Notes: a model not told the origin generated them from the sequence alone. A stretch of 63,202 bases of DNA, filler included, from Octopus bimaculoides (GCF_001194135.2; 10 parts of 9 records of this genome joined end to end with filler, not necessarily neighbours in it); one strand, 5' to 3'. Shown: positions 1-13,662, counted from the first letter of the whole stretch. Numbers and translations: made by a program.

Positions 1-139
1 ATGCAACAGATTTTGACTGAATATATATATATATATATAGCGATTACATGTTTATCTCATCAACACATTGTGGAGATATCATCATATGAACATATATATA
101 TATATATATATATATACCAATATTATGCATATACACATA

Positions 140-1250
140 TTTCGTACCAAACATCGGAAATGATTTTCATATTTTCCCATTACCCTCAATGGGTTCCAGT
201 TGAAATTTCTTACGAGACAGCTTTTCTCATCATCGTAGTATGTAGCTGAATTTCTCAAGGTTGGTCTTCAGGTAATTACTTACGTGTCTGAGACCTCCAA
301 TAATTATATTTTTAAAGTTATAGTACGAGAAGAGTAACTGCAGATTACTCATTATCTTGTCATATACACATTCCTAGTACTCTGTTGCCAAACTGATTTT
401 CACTACTGTGCACAGTTTTTTTTTATTTTTTTTTTATCGTTGATAATTATTTCTGCCTGTTATACGTCCATTTTCTGAGCTCTTGGCGAGAATATTCTAC
501 CGATGTTCCTTTCCATCAGGAGTGATTATATATTCCAAACCAATGTAACCTATACTTATTCTCAGTATTATGTTCTCTACAGATTGCATTCAACGATATT
601 TTGATTACGTGATCACGCATTTTGATATCATTATAATGGATCGTAATGTGATAAAATAATCGGATATTACGCATGATGTCGGCGATATATTCATTTTTAA
701 TTCCACAGTGTCTGCATTGCTTGTCGCATTTAGATCGTTTGCCTCCATCTCCATCCCATTTTTGCATCATGTACTTTTGTTGTAATTTCTAGCTTCTGGG
801 TTGCACCAATTGATCCCTGAAAAGGATCAATCTATTTTGGTTATTTATGTAGCTGCCACTTGGAAGATTTTATCAGCAACATAGCTATGGGTGAATTTCT
901 GCTGACATACATAGAGTTGTGTGACTTCGTGGGTGTGTGACCCTGGTCATGAGACAGGGAATACTTTCCAAGGTACTCCTATCTATCTCGCATGATGTTC
1001 CGTAAGTCATGACTGCAGACTTCATGCCTTGATTTACTTCCAAATTTGCTATTTTAATAGATGGTCTCAAAGGACAAGTGACGCAACTTTCGAAGTCAGT
1101 TTAAATCGATATCAAGTCCCTGCCAATTTGTTTCTATTTTAAACAAAGAACAATATCAATGTCCATGTGAATATTAATGGTGTCGATTGTTTTCAGCATG
1201 AGCCATTAATAGATCTGACCTCAGCTAACGTCAAGCCAAGCTGCTCAAAT
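140..1250 (-). mobile_element. Decayed R4/Dong-like non-LTR retrotransposon (RT thumb, Zn knuckle, restriction-like endonuclease C-terminus)
   Basis: Minus-strand frames give DIDIVLCLK*KQIGRDLISI (RT thumb, DxDRLYxxRxxGGRGL-like), KCDKQCRHCG...MRDHVIK (Zn knuckle) and CTVVKISLA...SNLQLLFSYYNFKNIIIGGLRHVSNYLKTNLEKF (REL domain). Many stops and frameshifts. Confidence 0.7.
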
Positions 1251-1446
1251 GTTGGTAGGCGTACTCAGACAGAGGACACATTGTGGGTTACCGAGATATT
1301 GACTGGGGAAAGTTCTGAGGATCATGTTTCAGAGATTTAATATGTAGGAGTAGGCTGGGTATATATTCGCACTTATATGTGTATACAAGTGTCTCTTTAA
1401 TACACGAATTCGTCTGATTAGTTTTTATGTTTATATAGATTTAAGA

Positions 1447-1774
1447 GTGGAGGCGAAATGGCCCAGAGGTTCGGGCAGCGGACTCGCAGTCGGAGGATCG
1501 CGGTTTCGATTCTCAGATCGGGCGTTGTGAGTGCTTATTGAGCGAAAACACCTAAAGCTCCACGAGGCTCCGCCAGGGGGTGGTGGTGACCCCTGCTGTA
1601 CTCTTTCGCCCTGACTTTTTCTCACTCTTTCTTCCTGTTTCTTGAATAACGCTGCAATGGACTGGCGTCCCGTCCAGCTGCGGGCGGGAAACACGTACTC
1701 CATAGAAACTGGGAAACCGGGCCTATGAGCCTGGCTAGGCTTTAAAAGGGCACATAAATAAAAATAAAATAATG
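1447..1774 (+). mobile_element. tRNA-derived SINE, type C head + tail Z
   Basis: A-box-like tggcccagagg and B-box-like ggtttcgattc. A-rich tail. TSD gatttaaga at 1438-1446 and 1775-1783. Confidence 0.85.
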
Positions 1775-2109
1775 GATTTAAGACATTTACTCATACGTGA
1801 CTCTGTGAGAGTGTGTGTGTGTGTGTGTGTGTGCACGTGTGTGTGCACGTGTGTGTGTTTGCGTGTGTGCGTGTGTGTGTGTGTTGCATATTCATTCCAG
1901 AAAACACAAATGCAGTATTTTTGGAATGTTTTGCACTTCTACACTGTACAACTTTTTGTTTTAGTTACTCTTATTCCATGTGGAACATTGGGCCGCAACA
2001 AAAGAAAAATTCCATCCTCTGCAATCTTCTGCAAGAGATATAGAATTCTCCCAGTCGAACTCCTCTGCGTGTAGATCCTTCAGAACTGTCCTTTTCTGTA
2101 TTATTAATC

Positions 2110-2520
2110 GGCGCCTAGATTTCCTTTTTCCACATTGTACCACTACAAAATTGCTTTTGGCAGATGCGATTTAGTTTGCCATATTCTTTCTTGTGAACCC
2201 CTTGCATTTCTAGGTTTCTATGCCGATCTGTTGTTACATAGACAAGTGGATCTATGATGTGTACAAGTGAGAATCTAAAGCCTTTATCCATGTCTTTAAA
2301 TGAGGCATTTACATCGCTGGGCAGCTAACCGTTACTATATTGCACGACTATTGTTTCAGGAGCCATAAAATAATACTGCGTCTGTTGGCTTGCTCTGAAT
2401 TGCTATTTTATTCAAATGTTTCATCTGTATTTCATACTTTAAAATGTAGGTATGTTCTGGTCTTGGTGAGTCCTTTGTATGACCATAAGGACTACCTTTC
2501 TTGCATATAGTGATTTAGAT
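2110..2520 (-). mobile_element. Second fragment of the same R4/Dong-like family (REL C-terminus)
   Basis: Minus strand gives VTVSCPA(D)VN and NLEMQGVHKKEYGKLNRICQKQFCSGTM, paralleling the C-terminus of the 140-1250 copy. Confidence 0.55.
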
Positions 2521-2651
2521 AGTTTTGGTAAGGGAGGTAATAGCTTGTGAAAACTTAAATAGGCGTTTAGTACCGTACGATAATCGACATTTTAGGTCAC
2601 AACGTGGAGGTTCCTTTTTCTATATCTATCAATGTATTCATGCATACATGC

Positions 2652-2734
<83 letters not shown>

Positions 2735-2735
<1 letters not shown>

Positions 2736-2897
2736 CTAGCGTAGCTAGAGTGTGTGCCGACTACGGCGGCCCTTCCGTTTGCCGCCTCCGGACCCCACAA
2801 AAAACACATATTGCCAACAGTAGACCCGAAGTAGTGCCCCTTTAAAAGTGCCGCCTGGGGTGGACCACCTCTACTACCTGGCACTAGCTACGTTAGT
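2735..2897. mobile_element. Short GC-rich MITE-like element inside a (TG)n tract
   Basis: Terminal inverted repeats actagcgtagctag (2735-2748) and ctagctacgttagt (2884-2897) match 13/14. GC-rich interior in AT-rich context. Confidence 0.5.
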
Positions 2898-4459
2898 GGC
2901 GCGTGTGTGTGTGTGTGAGTATACATTACGTTTAGATTTATGTTCTTCCTAGAATTCAAGCCGGCCATTAACAATGTAACAATGCTGTTTTTATATTTCG
3001 ACCACGTCAATTTCAGATTTTAACATGTGCGTCATTCTTATACATATATGTAAGTTCATATGTAAATATATATGTTGGTGTATATGTGATTCTATTTCCA
3101 CTCGTGTATCGGGTGTACAAGCTTCTTTAATGCACAATGAGTGTGAGTACTTCTCACGTATGTGTGTGCCATATGCAGATATACGATGGCGTGCATATAT
3201 GTTGATTACAGAAAACACAAATGGTGATGTTTTGCAAGGATTTACAAACCGTCTTTGTAACACTTATCGATTGTATGTAGAAGATGATAACATTTCTTTG
3301 TTCTTTCTTAGAAAAACAGCATTTCGAGATTTTTATGAAATATTTTGTTACATAACTCAAGGAAAATAACAAATGAGACTACAGAAAGGACACAAGAACT
3401 GTTAAGTTCTGCTTTAGCAAACCATAGATGTTTTTCTGTTTCCATAACTTCAAATAAGACACTCACAATCTGCTATGCAGCTGTATGTATGTAAGTTTAA
3501 ACATATATATTTACATGTATGTACGTACGTTTGTATGTATGGAAGAACGTAAATACGTTTATTGTAAAGGTATTCTGCTATAAAATTCGCTATTCGCTAA
3601 CTTCACATATTTGTGAACGTATAGCTGTGCATGTGTTAGAGTGCGTCTCTCTTCATGTATGTACTTATGTTTTGTGATTGTATAGTTGTGCATGTGTGAG
3701 AGTGTGTCTCTCTTTATATATGTACCTTTGTCTGTGTATATGCGTTTGAGTATATGTATGTGCTGCTTATGTATATACATTCTTCATATGTGCATTCTGT
3801 GCAACATGAGTATATAATCTTATGTTGCACGTAGTCTGGTAAAACTATTACATTATTCATATCCAACTACGAGTGAGTAACTAACAATTGAATCTATCCA
3901 CCGAGATGGGAACGGGTACCTAGAAGATAACTGACCCCTCCAGAGGAAATAGCGTAACTATAAATTTTACAAGTATTTCATTAGATAATAGAGCTGAGTA
4001 GAACATATTCCACAAATACACACAAAAATTCCAGTACTCCAAATAAAATCTGAAAAGGATACTGTTTACAAATTTTTTTTAACCGCGTTCGAGAGGTTCA
4101 AAGACTAAAAAACATAAACAGTAAGAAATCAACCATCATCGCCCTCTAAAATTGTATCAACAGCGACTATCTCAATAGACTAAGTCATCCTAGCCATTGT
4201 CTCCTGACCCCCAGCAGCATGTGTGATAGCTTGTATCTGTACATCTGCTCACCTAGTCAAATACACCTCGTTTTAGACCAGATGAGAATGTTCAGCATCA
4301 TGCTGAGTTTTCCGCCTTTTTCCACGGTCTACCGTTGACAAGTGACATTTTGTTAACTGAGCGAACCGATAACCGAGGCCGATTTTGACTGCTGGTTGAA
4401 ACCAAACTACCACGCTAACGATAACAACGCCATCATTGAGCAAGCAATATTTTAAGTGA

Positions 4460-4866
4460 AGTTAAGGCGGCAACTGGTAGGAACGTTAAAACGGCAGGCG
4501 AAATGCTTAGAGATATTTCGTCTGCCGCTACGTTCTGAGTTCAAATTCCGCCGAGGTCTACTTTGCATTTCATCCTTTTGGGGTCGATAAATTAAGAACC
4601 AGCTACGTACTGGAGTCGATGTAATCGACTTAATCCATTTGTCTGTCCTTGTTTGTCCCCGCCATGTTTGTCCCCTTGTGGGCAATAAAGAAATAAGAAA
4701 CGTTAGCACGCCGGGCGAAATGCTTAGCAGTGTTTCGTCTGTCTTTACGTTTTGAGTTCAAATTCCGTCGGGACCGACTTTACCTTTTATCCTTTCGGTG
4801 TCGATAAATTAAGTACCAGTTGCGTACTGGAGCTGATCTAATCGACTGGACCCTAGAGTAGAAAAG
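4460..4866 (+). mobile_element. Dimeric type A SINE (X-tailed monomer + Y-tailed monomer)
   Basis: Two tRNA-like heads (gagttcaaattcc B box twice). A 14-bp TSD aatattttaagtga at 4446-4459 and 4867-4880 encloses both monomers. Confidence 0.85.
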
Positions 4867-5103
4867 AATATTTTAAGTGAGGTTCTATAATACTTAAATT
4901 TATTTAATTTCTTCTGGTATACCTGCATTGAATAGGTGTCTTAAATGGCCAGAAGCTGATAACATAAAATGTACACGAATACAATATAAAAGCATACATA
5001 CACATGTGTTTGCATGTGCGTGTGTATATATATATATTTCTGTGCATTTGTGTGTGTATGTTTGTGTGTGTCTGTGTGTGTGTGTGTGTGTGTCTGTGTG
5101 TTT

Positions 5104-5174
<71 letters not shown>

Positions 5175-5730
5175 TGTGTAGACATATAAATATATTACGT
5201 GTATCCACACATATACATGAATATGAATATATAACAGATAATGGTACATAATAATGATCCTAATAACAATAATAACAGAAGGAGGTGGAGGAGGAATCGA
5301 AGACTAGCGACAATAACCGCAGCAACATAAACATGAGCAGTTCCAAAAAAAAAGAAGTGAAGGAAGTCAACACCAACAACAAATTATATCGAAACAAATA
5401 AGAGCACGAACGTATACGTTAAATGTCGTCTGTATGGACTGTTTGACTATAGGATAGCTGATGTGCTTGTTGTATAGCCGGTACAGCCTAATACTGAATA
5501 CCTACACAGCTCTAATGTAGCAGGTGGCTGTTTGTATAAGGAAATATGTCACTTATACCCTGTAACTGGTATGAATGCACACCAAAGAGTTCAAGTAGAT
5601 TCGGTATTTTTGTTTATTTTTTTAATTTTGGAATAACGAGATCTTATGAAATAAGGAATAAGGGAATGACAAAAGAGAATATAACTGCACCAAATCTATA
5701 GAGAAAACAAACTTAGGAAGTCGATTTCCA

Positions 5731-5873
5731 GCCATGTGATTTTGGGTTCAGTCCCACAGCGTGACACTTGGGCCAGTATCTGCTACTATAGACCGGAGCC
5801 GACCGTTTATTCTGGTGAGTGCATTTGTTAGCCGGAAAGTGAGTGGAGACCGTTTACATATGTATGTGTGTGT
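5731..5873 (+). mobile_element. Diverged type B SINE head, truncated by gap
   Basis: gggttcagtcccacagcgtgacacttgggc...ctactatag, similar to the other B copies. Confidence 0.65.
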
Positions 5874-6870
5874 NNNNNNNNNNNNNNNNNNNNNNNNNNN
5901 NNNNNNNNNNNNNNNNNNNNNNNNNNNNNNNNNNNNNNNNNNNNNNNNNNNNNNNNNNNNNNNNNNNNNNNNNNNNNNNNNNNNNNNNNNNNNNNNNNNN
6001 NNNNNNNNNNNNNNNNNNNNNNNNNNNNNNNNNNNNNNNNNNNNNNNNNNNNNNNNNNNNNNNNNNNNNNNNNNNNNNNNNNNNNNNNNNNNNNNNNNNN
6101 NNNNNNNNNNNNNNNNNNNNNNNNNNNNNNNNNNNNNNNNNNNNNNNNNNNNNNNNNNNNNNNNNNNNNNNNNNNNNNNNNNNNNNNNNNNNNNNNNNNN
6201 NNNNNNNNNNNNNNNNNNNNNNNNNNNNNNNNNNNNNNNNNNNNNNNNNNNNNNNNNNNNNNNNNNNNNNNNNNNNNNNNNNNNNNNNNNNNNNNNNNNN
6301 NNNNNNNNNNNNNNNNNNNNNNNNNNNNNNNNNNNNNNNNNNNNNNNNNNNNNNNNNNNNNNNNNNNNNNNNNNNNNNNNNNNNNNNNNNNNNNNNNNNN
6401 NNNNNNNNNNNNNNNNNNNNNNNNNNNNNNNNNNNNNNNNNNNNNNNNNNNNNNNNNNNNNNNNNNNNNNNNNNNNNNNNNNNNNNNNNNNNNNNNNNNN
6501 NNNNNNNNNNNNNNNNNNNNNNNNNNNNNNNNNNNNNNNNNNNNNNNNNNNNNNNNNNNNNNNNNNNNNNNNNNNNNNNNNNNNNNNNNNNNNNNNNNNN
6601 NNNNNNNNNNNNNNNNNNNNNNNNNNNNNNNNNNNNNNNNNNNNNNNNNNNNNNNNNNNNNNNNNNNNNNNNNNNNNNNNNNNNNNNNNNNNNNNNNNNN
6701 NNNNNNNNNNNNNNNNNNNNNNNNNNNNNNNNNNNNNNNNNNNNNNNNNNNNNNNNNNNNNNNNNNNNNNNNNNNNNNNNNNNNNNNNNNNNNNNNNNNN
6801 NNNNNNNNNNNNNNNNNNNNNNNNNNNNNNNNNNNNNNNNNNNNNNNNNNNNNNNNNNNNNNNNNNNNNN

Positions 6871-7330
6871 AAATGTACGCATATATACACATGCATATAT
6901 GGGTACAGGACATCAAAAAATGTGGGACAAAATGAGAAACGAGAACATAAAAACTAAAACATAGAAAATGACCTTTTTTTTCGAACAACGAAAAAAAAAA
7001 ACAAAGAAACGAGGCAGTCAACATAAAGAACATTCCCTTCATCAGTTGTATCCTGTTTTATCTACTCCGTGTTTCGAAAGTAAGGACAAGATGCATCTTC
7101 GTTAAAACATTCCTTCCCGCAAAGCCAATTAAATAAAATTTGGGATTTTTTGCGGAGGGTGAAAGTGGTAACAAAAACAGGACAGTGAGAACAAAACAGT
7201 AAAAACAAACGGGGAGGGCTGTTAAGCCAAAACGATGTGAAGTGGTGAATGCCGGGAAAACGAGCTTTGAGAAGAGACAGATAAAAGCACGTCTTGTCTT
7301 TAGGAAGGAAGTGGAAGAAAGACGGATGTT
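6871..7330. repeat. Probable unclassified interspersed repeat
   Basis: Resembles an abundant cephalopod repeat as recalled; no second copy in the window and no coding motif assigned. Confidence 0.3.
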
Positions 7331-7679
7331 CGTTGGTCTCGTGTGAGCAACGAGCGAGTGAAGGAGGAAGAGTGAAAGAGAGAGAGAGAGAACGGTTAAG
7401 GGGAAGGGAGAAGAATATGGAAAGGGTGGGAGAGAAAAACAGAAAGGAAGAAGAACAAGAGAGGGAGATAGATAGACAGAAAAGGGATAGAATTAGAGTG
7501 CACATCGTAATTTGTGTGTATGTGTTTGCGTGTTTATGTATGTATATATGTTTGTGTCTGTGCCTGTCCCACTTTTAGCAACCGCCGTATTAATCACACC
7601 GTTCAGTAAAAGGTAACCATTCGTTAACGATTCTACCATTTTTCAAGGAGGCTGAGAGCTGAAGTTGACCTGAGAGCTG

Positions 7680-7823
7680 AAGAAGAAGAAGAAGACGACG
7701 AAGAAGAAGAAGAAGAAGAAGAAGAAGAAGAAGAAGAAGAAGAAGAAGAAGAAGAAGAAGAAGAAGAAGAAGAAGAAGAATAGTAATAGTAACGATAATA
7801 ATAACAATAATAATAATAATAAT

Positions 7824-7889
<66 letters not shown>

Positions 7890-8082
7890 GATGATGATGA
7901 TGTTGATGAGGATGGTGTCGATTATGACGACGACGACCGCGATGACGACAATGACGATATTGATGATGATGATGATGATGATAATGATGATGATGATGAT
8001 GACGATGACGACGACGCCGATGATGATGATGATGATAATGATGATGATGATGATGATGAGGATGATCATGATGATCATGATG

Positions 8083-8113
<31 letters not shown>

Positions 8114-8200
8114 TAATGATGATGATGATATCAACAATACTAATATTAACATTATTAGTAATGATGTAAAAGATAATAATGATAATAATAATAATTACAT
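7680..8200. repeat. Compound trinucleotide microsatellite (GAA)n-(TAA/CAA)n-(GAT/GAC)n
   Basis: Directly visible. Confidence 0.95.
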
Positions 8201-8826
8201 CAAAAATTATTGTAAAAAGATTAATTTTATTCCCTTGATATGTGGTTCTCATTAGATTTCCCTGATTAAAATCAATTAATATTTCAACTCATCAGAGCAT
8301 TCCTCTTGTGTATATATGTGTGATTGAGTGTGCGCATGAAGAACTCTGTGTGCGTATGTGTGCGCGCGAGATGAGGTTTCTGTGTGCGCTTGTGTGTGAC
8401 TGTATATGTGTCTAAGTATCTGGTCTCAAATACCTGTGCACGTGGAAGTATTTATATGCAACTGTATATCTGTCTTACGAATTCATTTGCAGATTTTTGT
8501 GCATGTGCAGGTGTTTGTATCTATTGCGTAGAAGCGTATATGTCCAGGTATGCTATTTTTCTGTATGCGTCGGTGTGTGTTAGCAAATACAGTTATGTTT
8601 ACTATGGTACTATATGTGAGAGTGTATATATGTGTCCTGTGTTAGTGTGTATGAGTGTATGTATATAACAGTATAACTGAGATGTGTTAAAGTACACTTG
8701 GATGTAGTCCTGAATGTGTCAGAGCGGTTGTCTACAGGTAAGAGTACGTGTGTGTGGAGCGTATGTGCTTTTGATGGGCTGTCTCGCTGTGCATGTGTGT
8801 GTGTGTGTACCTATATATACATGTAT

Positions 8827-9031
8827 AAGGCGGCGAGCTGGCAGAAACGTTAGCACACCGGGCGAAATGCTTAGCAGTATTTCGTCTGCTGTAACGTTCT
8901 GAGTTCAAATTCCACCGAGATCGACTTTGCCTTTCATCCTTTCGAGGTCGATAAATTAAGTACCAGTTACGCACTGGGGTCGATGTAATCGATTTAATCC
9001 CTTTGTCTGTCCTTGTTTGTCCCCTCTATTT
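8827..9031 (+). mobile_element. Type A SINE (X tail), cut by scaffold gap
   Basis: ggcggcgagctggcagaaacgttagc...gagttcaaattcc...aatccctttgtctgtccttgtttgtcccc. Confidence 0.9.
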
Positions 9032-9131
9032 NNNNNNNNNNNNNNNNNNNNNNNNNNNNNNNNNNNNNNNNNNNNTTAATTAATTAANNNNNNNNNNNNN
9101 NNNNNNNNNNNNNNNNNNNNNNNNNNNNNNN
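9032..9131. other. Artificial scaffolding gap: 44 N + TTAATTAATTAA + 44 N (first of nine)
   Basis: The linker starts at 9076, 12710, 17921, 23162, 37464, 40475, 43595, 47103 and 56524, always in the same 100-bp format. Confidence 0.97.
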
Positions 9132-9163
<32 letters not shown>

Positions 9164-10119
9164 TGGTGACGACGGTGACGACGACGACGAGGAGGAAAAT
9201 ATCTTGTGCAGGGCAAAAGGGCTCAAGTGGTTGAGGACAACTATGCAATGATGAACGACATTTACAAAAAGAAAAGGACCAGTGCGGTATTTACATCAAG
9301 TAAAAGAGTGATCCTGAATTTCCCTGATACCCTACAGGGGTCAGACCTTCTTGCAGTTGTGACTGCCATCCTACAGGCGGATAATTAGTGTCGGCTCATT
9401 CAGCTTTGCCAATTTAGCCACTCTCACGCACATCCCTCTTTACTCTAACCTTCCACCTCAAGTGGTACTTGTAGGCATTAATGAGGGCTTGTCTTGAGAG
9501 GAAAAGCTCTGTTCCCAGACCTTTCAGTCATGTTCGCGATACAACTTCCTTCGCTATGGCCTCCAGATAGAGGAAGATGCCATGTCCTTCTTTATTAAAA
9601 GAAGGTGCTTATTCGATTTTCACAAAAGACACAGCTGACAGCCAGATCTGTTCTACTCGTGATAACATCTGCTCAACTTAAGCCCACAAAGGGCACAGGC
9701 ACTGAACAATGGTGTGCTTTTCACGTATATTGGAGAGGTACGGTCGCAAACAGTACCAGCACAGTTGTACCTCTAGAGTTTATCCTCAATAAGCAATGCT
9801 TTCCTGTAACACTGACAGACCAGGGATTTATGTAAATTGCCTATAATAGCCGTTTCGGAAGTCCTCCAGGAGCGACTACTTTGACTGTCCTCGTCAACCA
9901 AATTCGCTTCTGAGCCTTCATCGCTCATGACCTTTCACTAATCGTCTAAAAAAAAGTGGGAGTTTACTTTCAACTGGCCACATAGTTCAGCTGATAGAGT
10001 GCAGTGAGTTCCAGGAAATCTTAGCCCTCAAAATATAAAGAAACTAGTTAGAAACGCGTCGGAAAACGTCAATACTTTTTTTGCAGGAGAATAAAATATG
10101 TCGATCAAATGCCAAATGT

Positions 10120-10327
10120 TTCAAATTTTGGTACAAAGCTAACAAGTTCGGGGAAACGGGTAATTCGAATAGATTGACCCCATTGTTCAACTGGTACTTC
10201 TTTTATCTTACCAGAAACCATGAAAGGTAAAGTTGACCTCGGTAACATTTGAACTCACAACCTAAAGAGGGACGAAATGCCGCTAAGCATTTTGCCCGGC
10301 GTGCTAACGAATCTGCCAGCAAGCCGA
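10120..10327 (-). mobile_element. Diverged type A SINE
   Basis: Reverse complement of the A head (atttgaactc, gctaagcattttgcccggcgtgctaac). Confidence 0.75.
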
Positions 10328-10329
10328 CT

Positions 10330-11340
10330 ATACATACAGAACTCTAACCAATTGGGAAGCCACCCAGCTCAAATTGATATAGTTATAATATGCCTACCCT
10401 GCAAACAAGAAGAGCGGTCTTTCAGACAAATAGAAAATTACTACAAAATATCAACAGTTGGATAAGAAAATACTTAGACGCATACAAAAAGAAATTAATA
10501 GGTGTTATAAGTTAATATGAAGATAATTTTTGCAATATATAAGGGAACGAAGCACAAATTCAAAATTGCCAAGATATAGGTAGAATGTGTAGATAAGGAC
10601 TAAACTTCTAAAAACGTTTAAATAAATCATAACCGAATTCCGAAATATACTGAGAAAACCCCACTTTACAGTGAATATCCCACAAAACGGAACACGGAGG
10701 AAGTAAGTCAGAATGAAAATTAACAATGGTTAGAAAGTTCTAGGTTAAAAGTAGAAACTGAAGGGTTTATCCTAACTTCACAAGATTAAGGCTTACTCAT
10801 AACAGCAATAAAAAAGCTTTCTACATCAAGTGTAGGTTATGCAATCTGTACGGTCGACTACATCTTCTTCGGCTGCCTAGTCCTTGTCAAGTCCGAGTAT
10901 GCTATTAATAGTCATAATCAAGTCTGCAATGATATCTACAAGGCAACATGGTGGCACTTCTGTTTGGAAACTAACAAGAAGTGATATAAACATAAACCTA
11001 GTACGGTTTATAACGATGATTTGATCACAACCTTGTGGGAACTGTCAATCCAAACTGACAAGGAGATCACAGCAAATTGTCGCAATCAAGGTCGGGAACG
11101 AAAATACGCTAATAAGCATCTCTATCCATTTCGACTAAAATATTGCCCGGAAGGAGTTTGAGAAGCGAAGACCAAAGACCTGGAAATTAAATCGAACAAG
11201 ATGATGTGGGACATGAAATTAAAAAAAAAAAGCAGCACAAATTAGATAACTATTTAGCACAAAATATATGAAGAAAAAATACAAACTATACCAGGCTTCA
11301 TAGATACAACCTACATTCTACACAATTCATACAACACAAT
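10330..11340 (+). mobile_element. Decayed R4/Dong-like non-LTR retrotransposon, 3' part
   Basis: Frames give HPAQIDIVIICLPCKQEERSFRQIENYYKISTVG, QWLESSRLKVETEGFI, KCRLC, VDYIFFGCLVLVKSEY, YKHKPSTV...TTLWELSIQTDKEITAN and KDLEIK, i.e. RT thumb, CCHC knuckle and REL endonuclease. Confidence 0.75.
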
Positions 11341-11977
11341 CTACGAAATCAACACGCCATAAAATAACACAACAGACGCTCTTTCATAACGGATATCTGA
11401 TATTATAACGCAAACTAACATTATACACATCTGCAACCTATTAGCGCTAAACAAATCACACTTCACATACTCTACACAAGGACTCTCTGGCAATGAAACA
11501 CGCAACACCAATCAACTCACAGTACATACAAAACATAATCACCACCCAACAAAATAATGCAGTTCACATAGCGTATAGTCTATACAACAGAAGGAAAACT
11601 GAGATAGTACCAGAAACGACAAAGCAAACCCATAGCAAAGCAAATCTGATGCAGTATAGAAACACAGGTCTGCATTGCAGGAGTCATGTTCCATGCACAC
11701 AATTCGGGAACACAGATGTGCACGCGGTGGTACGAGGTTAGGGTTAGAGAAACTCTATTAAATCTCGTGAAAAAAAAAATAAGGAAAAAGAAGTGGAAAA
11801 TGTAGACAAATAAAATAATAATAGTGGTGGTGATGGCGGTGCTGGTGATGATGATGATAATGATGATGATGATAATAATAATAATAATAATTTCTTACAA
11901 TGATAATTGAATTTCATTATTCGCTGCAAGGGTAAGTGGTGGGGGAGGTTGCAAAGACGATTTCATGTGTTCGTGTG

Positions 11978-12013
<36 letters not shown>

Positions 12014-12609
12014 CGCGCGCACGTGTCTATGTATATATACATACGTATGTGTGCGTATAAATATATAGATATATATGAACGTTTACATATATATGTATAT
12101 ATGTGTGTATGTATGTATGTATGTATGTATGTATGTATGTTGTGTGCATTACGTATGTATGTATGTATGTATGTATGTATGTATGTATGTATGCATGTAT
12201 GTATGCATGTATGTATGTATGTGTGTGTGTATGTACGTATGCATGTATGTATATATACACATATAATCGTCTTTGTAATCTCCCTCAAGTGGTCTGAAAT
12301 GAAGACTGCAGCATCAAGAACGGAAGGGTTTTATTGCGATACATTATACATTTGCGAAATGGATTGTATCATAGTTAGTATAAAGCTAGACACAGCACGC
12401 TTGTGCCTGATACAGTGTGGTATATGTTTTAAGAATAGCGTTGTCGGGTAGTGGAACAAACATACACAAATACTTGTATATTGGCTGCGTTAGTTTGGAA
12501 TTCTAAAGACGGTTTATGTTGATAAGACAAGTTGCTGTTCATTCTGTTTTTACTTTCTCTCAAACATTTATTTGTTTCTTCGTTTGAATTTTTCTCCTTC
12601 TGTTTCAGA

Positions 12610-12665
<56 letters not shown>

Positions 12666-13129
12666 NNNNNNNNNNNNNNNNNNNNNNNNNNNNNNNNNNN
12701 NNNNNNNNNTTAATTAATTAANNNNNNNNNNNNNNNNNNNNNNNNNNNNNNNNNNNNNNNNNNNNCTCTCTCTCTCTCTCTTTCTCTCACTCTCTCTCTC
12801 TCTCTTTCTCTCTCTCTCTGAAAGTATCTGTCATTACAGTATCGAAATGGTGTACATATACATGTATATGTATACATATACATCTCTCTCTCTTTCTGTC
12901 TCTCTCTTTCTGTCTCTCTCTTTCTGTCTCTCTCTTTCTCTCTTTCTCTCTCTGTGAAAGTATCTGTCATTACAGTATCGAAATGTGATTGTTTCAGTTA
13001 GTGGAATAGTTTCATTTTTAAAGTGAAAGTATTTGACATGAGTGTTTTTGTTTCACTTTTGACACAATACTTAAATAGTGGAAGAGATATTATGTTGCCG
13101 TGTCCTCGAACTCTGCAAGAAGTTAAACA

Positions 13130-13281
13130 TTTTTTTATACTAAAACACAACTGGCACCCTAAGTAAGGTATGTGTGAAATTTGAATGAAATTGGTTGCGT
13201 AGTTCTCGAGTTTTAGGGATTCACACAGACAGACAGACACACACACACACACACACATTCTCATTTTTATATATATAGATA
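13130..13281 (+). mobile_element. Non-autonomous Helitron/Helentron-like (DINE-1/Lep1-like) 3' end
   Basis: aaatttgaatgaaattggttgcgtagttctcgagtt + (caga)n(ca)n + ttctcatttttatatatatagat matches the typical architecture of such elements. Confidence 0.45.
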
Positions 13282-13282
13282 T

Positions 13283-13452
13283 ACTACAGCTTCTTTCAGT
13301 TTCCGTCTACCAAATCCACTCACAAGGCTTTGGTCGGCCCCAGGCTATAGTAGAAGACACTTGCCCACGGTGTCACGCAGTGGGACTGAACCCGGAACCA
13401 TGTGGTTGGTAGGCAAGCTACTTACCACACAAACACGTCCTCGTCCGCACCT
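13283..13452 (-). mobile_element. Type B SINE head half
   Basis: ttcagtttccgtctaccaaatccactcacaaggctttggtcggc...gggactgaacccggaaccatgtgg. Confidence 0.85.
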
Positions 13453-13662
13453 ATATATATTTCATGTAAACGGAATTAGCTGTAAATAAATTACGGCATA
13501 CATATCAAAATGAAATAGAATTTTAACAGCCCTGAGCATGATTCTGCTTCTGTGAAAAAGAAAAGTGGGATAAATATACGTGTATTCACTTCGTCAGCAG
13601 AATAAGCAAAGAGAAATATTCCAGAAATAGATTTACACACGCGCGCATATATATGTATTGTA

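Noticed and set aside
5748-7042. 340-400 aa ORFs in the track (also those spanning other gaps)
   Set aside because: They consist almost entirely of N.
7021-7090. Minus-strand GAAAC...CUGAUGA arrangement suggesting a permuted (type II) hammerhead
   Set aside because: The stem II closing pair is A-C and no stem I pairing can be drawn.
9190-9900. More balanced-composition stretch that might be a decayed LINE ORF1
   Set aside because: No diagnostic motif could be read with confidence.
11735-11750. gttagggttag telomere-like motif
   Set aside because: Fewer than two full TTAGGG units; expected by chance.
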